A stretch of DNA of 33,476 nucleotides from positions 1 through 33,476 of the forward strand of contig JBBTTY010000028.1 of NCBI GenBank assembly GCA_038063975.1, read 5' to 3'. Numbering within the stretch: the first letter of the stretch is position 1; every line of letters begins with the position of its first letter. Positions 27,465 to 33,476 of this stretch are shown here, in pieces. The position numbers and the translations under genes are program-made. The notes under the pieces were generated by a model. The model saw only the letters and a program-made list of their open reading frames with translations. It was not told the origin of the DNA and did not search any database. Source of the stretch: Patescibacteria group bacterium. GTDB taxonomy: Bacteria; Patescibacteriota; Minisyncoccia; Phycocordibacterales; UBA6065.

Positions 27465-28528
27465 TTATTTTTTAAATATATTTTTATTATGAAACTCTAG
27501 AAATGACTTCTCTGGCAGAAAACGTTGTGGCAAAATAATTTTTTGATTTTGAAAACATAAAAAATAATCCTTGACCGACTGATTATCTAAAAAATTATTT
27601 ATCTTGGGCGAAATATCTATAGTGTAATCTGGCTTTACGGTAATCAAACCTCTATCAAAAGCTCTGTCGTGTAGAGCATTTAAACACAAACCATTGTGTG
27701 GATTTAAACGATTATTAGTATCCGCAGACCAAGGCATAATATGACTTGCATTTAATAACTCTACAAGAGGTAATCCTGTAATGCAGCACTTATTTTGATA
27801 CGATGTTAATACAGCACTTCTAAAAAAGTTTTGGTTGACTCTTGATTTTACAATACTATCACGCTCCTTTCCTTTCGGAAATTCAGTGATGTTTTTAAGT
27901 TTATTTTCAAAGTCAATAATTTTATTTTCACTTTCATATACCGATTTTTCCCAATCATTATTAAAAAATGTCCAAATACTTTTATCCTCTTCTTTAATTT
28001 CCTCTGGTGTGTCTATATTTGTATCTAATTTTGCAAAATTTTTAAATCGTTTTGCAACTTCTTTTGGTGTCCTACTCAATAAATTCGCAAATTGGATAAT
28101 GCCAACATTCTCTGGTTTTATTTCTTTAATTGGTATTTTGCAATATAAATTATATGCTGATATTAATTCTTCTCGCGACCAACTATCTGAAATTTCGGTC
28201 AACAGTAAAACTGCATTTTTAATGTCTTCCGAATTTTCAATTACAAAGCTAATTTGGAAATTTTTACCAAAACCACCTGAAGTTTCTTGCCTTGTTAAAA
28301 ATTTTATTTTTCCAGCATATTTATGTTTTATGTAATCAGTATTTCCTAAACACCATATATCTATTTTAGGTTTTGTTTTTGTTAATAAAATATAAGCGAA
28401 TCTTTTTCCACCTTTTTGGTAAAAGCCACACCACTTATCAGTTTCAGAAACAGATAAGCTAACAATGCTTGTCTTAAGTTGCTCTGCTAATTGATAAAAA
28501 GTTGTTTTGAAATACTTAATTTTTCCAT
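27465..28528 (-). pseudogene. HNH putative restriction endonuclease, frameshifted near the N-terminus
   Basis: C-terminal RVNQNFFR..CCITG..ASHIMPW..NGLCLNALHDRAFD. The frame stays open about 110 codons upstream of TTG 28202, but ATG 28528 is out of frame and stops at 28489. Confidence 0.75.
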
Positions 28529-28552
28529 AATCAAAACCTATTATACCTCATA

Positions 28553-29815
28553 TTAAATATCTCTTAACGCTTTAATTATCTCATCCACCTCTCCCCTCCC
28601 CATTTCTGCCGAAAATGTGAACCGCAAAGTGTTTCTGGAGCGCCATTTTTCGGCATCATCGGACGCTCCATCTTTGCCCACCGAAACAAGCGTTTGGCCG
28701 CCGAGAGTTTCGACAACGTAAGAATTTTCCTCACCTTTGAGACACGAGCTTTTTGTGGAACAGGCTATGCCGGCTTTATCGAGCTGTAAAACTGCCATTT
28801 CGGGATCAGAAATATTTGGCAGAGAAATATTTACGTTGTTTGGCAAACGTTTTTCCATAGAGCCGTTTATGACCGCTTGTGGAATTTCTTTGGCGAGTTG
28901 ATCAAAAAAATATTTTTGAACGGCTGTGGCATTTTTTGATTTACCTTCCCTTTCTTTTTGGGCGAGTTCGAGGGCAGTAGTGAATCCTGTGATAAGTTCC
29001 AGACTTTCGGTTGTCGGTCTCTTGCCCCTTTCTTGTCCGCCACCGACCATCAAAGGTTCAAAGGCAACATTTCTTCGCACAACCAAAACTCCAACTCCCT
29101 TTGGTCCTTGCATTTTATGCGCATCAAGTGTCATGGCGTCGGCGCGCAAGCCTTCGAGTTCGCAAGAAAGCCAAAGTGGTGCCTGCGAAGCATCCACATG
29201 AAATATCGGAAAAGTCGTTTCGCCACTTTGGCCAAGTTTTTCTGACCTGATTTTTCTAATTCCCGCACCAATCTTTGAAACTGGTTGTATCGTACCAATT
29301 TCATTATTGGCATACATACATGTGACGAGAACCGTCGCAGGTGTGATTGCTTCAAGTATTTCATCAGCTCTCACGACACCATCAGGACCCGGCGAAACAT
29401 AAGTCACTTTCACTCCGTGTTTTTCAAACAATTTCAAAGTTTCCAAAACAGAGGAATGCTCTATGGGAGTAGAAACGATATGGACATCTTGCGGTTTTAC
29501 GCCGTTTTCTAATTTTGTCCGCAAAACTCCCTGAATTATAGTCGCATTGGCTTCCGTGCCACCGCTCGTAAAATAAATTTCTTCCGGTTTTACACCGAGC
29601 ACTCGCGCACTTTTTATCCTCATATTTTCAAGCGCTTTTTTTGCTTCCACACCCTCTCTATAAATTGCGCTCGGATTGGCCCATATTTTCTGCACTTTTT
29701 TCATAGCTCTTTTTACCTCTCTGTGGAGAGGTGTCGTTGCCGCCCAGTCTGCATATATGGGCTTTTTCCAAAAATTGCCGAAATTGCCGAAAGAAAATTT
29801 TATCCAATTACTCAT
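28553..29815 (-). CDS. iscS: Cysteine desulfurase (IscS/NifS family)
   Basis: YADWAATTP, FTSGGTEAN, NNEIGTIQP, DAHKMQGPKG, STKSSC. Confidence 0.9.
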   Translation of the reverse strand: MSNWIKFSFGNFGNFWKKPIYADWAATTPLHREVKRAMKKVQKIWANPSAIYREGVEAKKALENMRIKSARVLGVKPEEIYFTSGGTEANATIIQGVLRTKLENGVKPQDVHIVSTPIEHSSVLETLKLFEKHGVKVTYVSPGPDGVVRADEILEAITPATVLVTCMYANNEIGTIQPVSKIGAGIRKIRSEKLGQSGETTFPIFHVDASQAPLWLSCELEGLRADAMTLDAHKMQGPKGVGVLVVRRNVAFEPLMVGGGQERGKRPTTESLELITGFTTALELAQKEREGKSKNATAVQKYFFDQLAKEIPQAVINGSMEKRLPNNVNISLPNISDPEMAVLQLDKAGIACSTKSSCLKGEENSYVVETLGGQTLVSVGKDGASDDAEKWRSRNTLRFTFSAEMGRGEVDEIIKALRDI

Positions 29816-29861
29816 GCCGTTATACTATGCAAAAAAACGTTTTTAAGCTAGTATGTAAGCC

Positions 29862-30332
29862 ATGATTCTCGACTCAAACATTCTCTTGGGTGTTCTGGCA
29901 TTACTCATTCTCATCCTCACGATTGATACTGCTAGTTTGCGCTATAAAATCCGGAAAATGCTCCAAAACGACAAAAATGTGAACTTCGGAGAATCAGTTA
30001 TTTCCCTCGACAAAGATATAAAAGATCTCGGAGCTTTTCGCAAAGAAATGGAATCCTATTTGATAAATCTGGAAAAGAGAGTGCGCCGTAGCACACAGGC
30101 AACGGCTACTATCCGCTTCAACGCTTTTCGCGATGCCGGCGTCGGAGGCAATCAGAGTTTTGCCACGGCCATCGTCAATGAGAATGGCGAGGGTGTCGTC
30201 TTTTCGAGCCTCTATTCTCGTGAACGTCTCTCTGTCTTTTCCAAACAGCTTTCAAAATTTGATTCCGACATAGAACTTTCGCCAGAAGAACGGCGCGCTG
30301 TATTGGGGGCAAAAACAAAGCTTTCCGGATAA
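29862..30332 (+). CDS. DUF4446-like protein
   Basis: N-terminal TM helix, coiled coil, IRFNAF..GGNQSFA..GVVFSSLYSRE..LSPEE. Confidence 0.75.
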   Translation: MILDSNILLGVLALLILILTIDTASLRYKIRKMLQNDKNVNFGESVISLDKDIKDLGAFRKEMESYLINLEKRVRRSTQATATIRFNAFRDAGVGGNQSFATAIVNENGEGVVFSSLYSRERLSVFSKQLSKFDSDIELSPEERRAVLGAKTKLSG

Positions 30333-30340
30333 TAAGTTTA

Positions 30341-30439
30341 GGTGCCTTGCGTAATGAAATTTTTCTACGTTCGGGGGGATCCTCTCCAAGAGTCGATTCA
30401 CCCCCTCTCACGAGATAAAATTTCATTACGCAAGGCACC
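30341..30439. repeat. Long palindromic element upstream of infB
   Basis: Perfect 23-bp inverted repeat GGTGCCTTGCGTAATGAAATTTT (30341-30363 / 30417-30439) with inner GGGGG/CCCCC and CTCT/AGAG stems. Confidence 0.8.
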
Positions 30440-30449
30440 CCACAAAAAC

Positions 30450-32009
30450 ATGGCCAAAAAATCCTCACAACAAAATACGCTCAAACCAATTGTTCCAGCG
30501 AATCGCATAAAACGTCCGCCTGTGGTCGCTGTCATGGGTCATATTGACCATGGCAAATCAACTCTCTTAGATTACATCAGAAAAACCAATATTGTAGAAA
30601 GCGAAGTCGGCGGTATCACCCAATGCATCAGCGCTTATGAAGTGGTGCGAGAAAAAAAAGACTCGCCGAGCGACAAAACGGCGGCCGAACGCATTACATT
30701 CATAGACACCCCAGGACACGAGGCCTTCTCTGGCATGAGAGAACGTGGTGCGGTTACGGCGGATATAGCCATACTAGTAGTATCAGCCGAAGACGGCGTG
30801 AAAAAACAGACTCTCGAAGCATACAGACAGATAAGTGAGGCAAAGATCCCTATGATCGTGGCTATAAACAAAATTGACAAACCTTCAGCTGATTTGGAGC
30901 GCACCAAAATGTCTCTAACCGAAAATGAAATCTATTTGGAAGGATACGGAGGTTCGATTTCTTATGTTCCCATTTCTGCCAAAACAGGAACAGGTATAGA
31001 AGAACTCCTAGACCTTATTATCCTTACGGCAGATGTATCAGAGCTCACTGGTGATTTGTCTAAACCGGCAGAAGGCACAATCATAGAAGCCCATCGCGAT
31101 CCGAAAAAAGGCATATCGGCGACGCTAGTTATAAAAGACGGCTCTCTCTCGGCAGGCATGTTTGTAGCATCAGGAGAAAGCTTTTCCCCTACTCGCATAA
31201 TAGAAGACAGTTTAGGCAAGAAAATCACCTCTGCAAGATTTTCCAGTCCAATTAGAATCATAGGTTGGAATATGGCGCCGAAAGTTGGCAGTCTCTTTGT
31301 GACACTGACTACAAAGAGAGAGCTCGAAAATCATATCGAATCAGTCAAAGAGAAAAAGAAAAATACTGTTGCGCTTCCGCGATTTAGAGCAGAAGTAAAT
31401 GATAAAAAAATTCTGCCAGTCATTATAAAAGCCGATGTCTTGGGATCAGTTGAAGTCATAGAGCATGAAATCAAAAAAATCAAGAGCGATCGTGTGGCTA
31501 TAAAAATTCTCTTTGCTTCGATCGGTGATATAACCGAATCAGATGTAAAGGTTGCTGGTAGTGACAAAGAAACGGTAGTTCTTGGTTTCAATGTAAAAAC
31601 AGACAGTCAGGCGATGGCCATGATCGAAAGACTCGGTTTTGAACATGTCGATTTTGACATTATATACAAACTCATAGAATGGCTATCTGCGAAAGTACTA
31701 GAGCGCACACCGAAAATAGCCACAGAAGAAATACGAGGCAAGGCCAAAATCATGAGATTTTTCAGCCGTACGCGCGACAAACAAATCGTCGGTGGCAAAG
31801 TGACTAATGGCGAGATTCATATAGGAGACAAAGTCAAAATAATTCGTCGTGAGACTATTATAGGTGAAGGTGTCATCCGTGAACTCCAACAAGCAAAAGT
31901 AAAAGTAGCGAACGTAAACGAGGGCTTTGAATTCGGCACCATGATAGAAGCCAAAATAGAAATTGCTCCGGGCGATGTCGTAGAAGATTTTGTAATCGTA
32001 GAAAAATAG
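30450..32009 (+). CDS. infB: Translation initiation factor IF-2 (short, lacking the N-terminal domain)
   Basis: RPPVVAVMGHIDHGKST, DTPGHEAF, NKID, KADVLGS. Start at ATG 30450, after the palindrome. Confidence 0.95.
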   Translation: MAKKSSQQNTLKPIVPANRIKRPPVVAVMGHIDHGKSTLLDYIRKTNIVESEVGGITQCISAYEVVREKKDSPSDKTAAERITFIDTPGHEAFSGMRERGAVTADIAILVVSAEDGVKKQTLEAYRQISEAKIPMIVAINKIDKPSADLERTKMSLTENEIYLEGYGGSISYVPISAKTGTGIEELLDLIILTADVSELTGDLSKPAEGTIIEAHRDPKKGISATLVIKDGSLSAGMFVASGESFSPTRIIEDSLGKKITSARFSSPIRIIGWNMAPKVGSLFVTLTTKRELENHIESVKEKKKNTVALPRFRAEVNDKKILPVIIKADVLGSVEVIEHEIKKIKSDRVAIKILFASIGDITESDVKVAGSDKETVVLGFNVKTDSQAMAMIERLGFEHVDFDIIYKLIEWLSAKVLERTPKIATEEIRGKAKIMRFFSRTRDKQIVGGKVTNGEIHIGDKVKIIRRETIIGEGVIRELQQAKVKVANVNEGFEFGTMIEAKIEIAPGDVVEDFVIVEK

Positions 32010-32030
32010 CTAGAAGAATAATTACAAAAA

Positions 32031-32348
32031 ATGTCATATAAAAAAGACAGATTTGATGAAGTGATACGCGACCACGCCGCGCGATTTTTTTCTATGGAAT
32101 CAAATCGCACATCTATGATTACAATTACCAAAATTACTTCGACCGACAAAGGCGACAGAGTAACTGTCTACTTCACCGTCTATCCGGAAAACCGAGAAGA
32201 AGCGGCTCTGGATTTCGCCCGGAGAAAACGGAGTGATTTCCGCAATTTCGTCAGAGATAATTCACGTCTCTCCATCATTCCCTTTTTTGAATTTGAAATC
32301 GATCGTGGCGAAAAGGCTCGCCAGAAAATTGACGCTATCGCTTTATAA
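32031..32348 (+). CDS. rbfA: Ribosome-binding factor A
   Basis: Follows infB; ITITKI..VYFT..IPFFEFEIDRG. Confidence 0.8.
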   Translation: MSYKKDRFDEVIRDHAARFFSMESNRTSMITITKITSTDKGDRVTVYFTVYPENREEAALDFARRKRSDFRNFVRDNSRLSIIPFFEFEIDRGEKARQKIDAIAL

Positions 32349-32349
32349 T

Positions 32350-32378
32350 TTGCAGTGCACAAGTTTACCACCTATACT
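32350..32378 (+). promoter_or_regulatory. sigma70 promoter for the LAGLIDADG gene and tRNA cluster
   Basis: TTGCAG, 17 nt spacer, TATACT; ATG 32386 lies at the expected +1. Confidence 0.65.
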
Positions 32379-32407
32379 TTAGTGTATGGGAATACGATAC
32401 GCAGTAA

Positions 32408-33145
32408 ATGAAAGTTTTTTTCAACAAGTGGAATCCGAAAATGGCTTATACCCTCGGGTATATTTTTGCCGATGGATGTCTTCAAGATTTACCGAAACTC
32501 AGAGGAAAATATATCAGTGTCATAAGCACAGATAAAGAAACCATCCGGAGATTAAAAAATTGGATGGATTCTGAACACACTATTGTTCCACGAAAATCTA
32601 CTCATCCAAATGGAAAAATGAAATATTTACTTCGGATTGGTAACGCCAATCTATATAAATCTTTAGAAAAAAGAGGATTATACCCAAACAAATCGCTTAC
32701 CATCAGATTTCCAAAAGTTCCTTCACATATGCTTCGATATTTTATCTTAGGCTATTTCGATGGAGATGGATGTATCGCTTTAGAAAAAATTAAGAGAAAA
32801 TCTGGCAAGATTCGAACTAAAAAATTGGGTGCCATTTTTACTTCCGGAAGTCCTCTATTTCTCCAAGATTTATCAGAACAAATTTCGTTTGCGATTGGTA
32901 TAAAAACACAAAAAGTACTAAAAACATGGACTGCTTATCAACTCAGATATTCGACAATAGATAGTGAAACTTTATTCCAATTTATGTATAAAAAATCACA
33001 CAAAAACGAGTTTTTAAAAAGAAAATATGATATATTCAAAGAGTATCTTTCAATGAAAAAAAGACCCAGTGGCGAAGTTGGTCAACGCGACGGTCTGCAA
33101 AACCGTTATGCGCCGGTTCGATCCCGGCCTGGGTCTCTCGGTTAA
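32408..33145 (+). CDS. Free-standing double-motif LAGLIDADG homing endonuclease-like protein (ancestral start probably 32386)
   Basis: AYTLGYIFADGCL and FILGYFDGDGCI motifs, PNKSLT, LKRKY. The reading frame runs through tRNA-Cys. Confidence 0.85.
   Translation: MKVFFNKWNPKMAYTLGYIFADGCLQDLPKLRGKYISVISTDKETIRRLKNWMDSEHTIVPRKSTHPNGKMKYLLRIGNANLYKSLEKRGLYPNKSLTIRFPKVPSHMLRYFILGYFDGDGCIALEKIKRKSGKIRTKKLGAIFTSGSPLFLQDLSEQISFAIGIKTQKVLKTWTAYQLRYSTIDSETLFQFMYKKSHKNEFLKRKYDIFKEYLSMKKRPSGEVGQRDGLQNRYAPVRSRPGSLG
33063..33136 (+). tRNA. tRNA-Cys(GCA)
   Basis: GACCCAG/CTGGGTC acceptor, CT-GCA-AA loop, U73 discriminator. Confidence 0.92.
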
Positions 33146-33146
33146 T

Positions 33147-33228
33147 GCCCGGGTGGCGGAACTGGTATACGCGCACGACTTAAAATCGTGTCTCGAAAGG
33201 GATGTGGGTTCGATGCCCGCCCCGGGCA
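33147..33228 (+). tRNA. tRNA-Leu(TAA)
   Basis: GCCCGGG/CCCGGGC acceptor, CT-TAA-AA loop, long variable arm. Confidence 0.94.
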
Positions 33229-33229
33229 C

Positions 33230-33376
33230 ATGACAATAAAACCGATTTGTGATTTTTGTAAAAAAGAATTAAAGAGCTTCGGCGCTTTGCTTTTCAGTCC
33301 ACCAAACAAAGCGAGTGCTGTAAAAAAATTCCATCTATGCAAAAATTGTTATAAAAAATTAATTGCGGAAAAGTAG
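33230..33376 (+). CDS. 48-aa CxxC..CxxC zinc-binding small protein
   Basis: MTIKPICDFCKKELKSFGALLFSPP..KFHLCKNCYKKL. Confidence 0.7.
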   Translation: MTIKPICDFCKKELKSFGALLFSPPNKASAVKKFHLCKNCYKKLIAEK

Positions 33377-33400
33377 AATTTCTGTTACATTTTTTTCATT

Positions 33401-33473
33401 CCGCCCTTAGCTCAGTTGGTAGAGCAGATCCCTCTTAAGGATAAGGTCGTAGGTTCGATCCCTACAGGGCGGA
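33401..33473 (+). tRNA. tRNA-Lys(CTT)
   Basis: CCGCCCT/AGGGCGG acceptor, AGCTCAGTTGGTAGAGC D-arm, CT-CTT-AA loop. Confidence 0.94.
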
Positions 33474-33476
33474 CAA

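Noticed and set aside
32386-33145. Group I intron or split tRNA hosting the LAGLIDADG gene
   Set aside because: Flanking tRNAs and rbfA are intact, and there is no room for an intron core or tRNA half.

Overview
The window looks like a compact bacterial chromosome segment, most likely Patescibacteria/CPR (Parcubacteria-like). This is inferred from the short IF-2 and DnaX, the DUF2779, DUF4446 and DUF1761 proteins, the degenerate HtrA-like protein and many apparently leaderless genes. It uses the standard code. Housekeeping genes are truB, bcp, dsbA-like, dnaX, dus, ftsQ-like, serS, dprA, topA, parB, miaA, rarA, rpmG, alr, clpB, iscS, infB and rbfA. There are seven tRNAs (Gln, Leu x2, Trp, Tyr, Cys, Lys), a RelBE-type toxin-antitoxin pair followed by a DUF2779 nuclease, and a decayed restriction-like island. 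Main unusual signals: (1) four dispersed copies of a covarying three-way-junction element whose long outer inverted repeats are copy-specific and often take in neighbouring stop codons; (2) two free-standing LAGLIDADG-type genes next to tRNAs, one reading through tRNA-Cys and frameshifted in a T7 run; (3) several CDSs starting 1-10 nt after a tRNA; (4) a promoter-to-terminator 184-nt 6S RNA candidate after rarA; (5) structured leaders or sRNAs upstream of an RRM gene and of dnaX. All calls come from reading motifs by eye; no searches were run.
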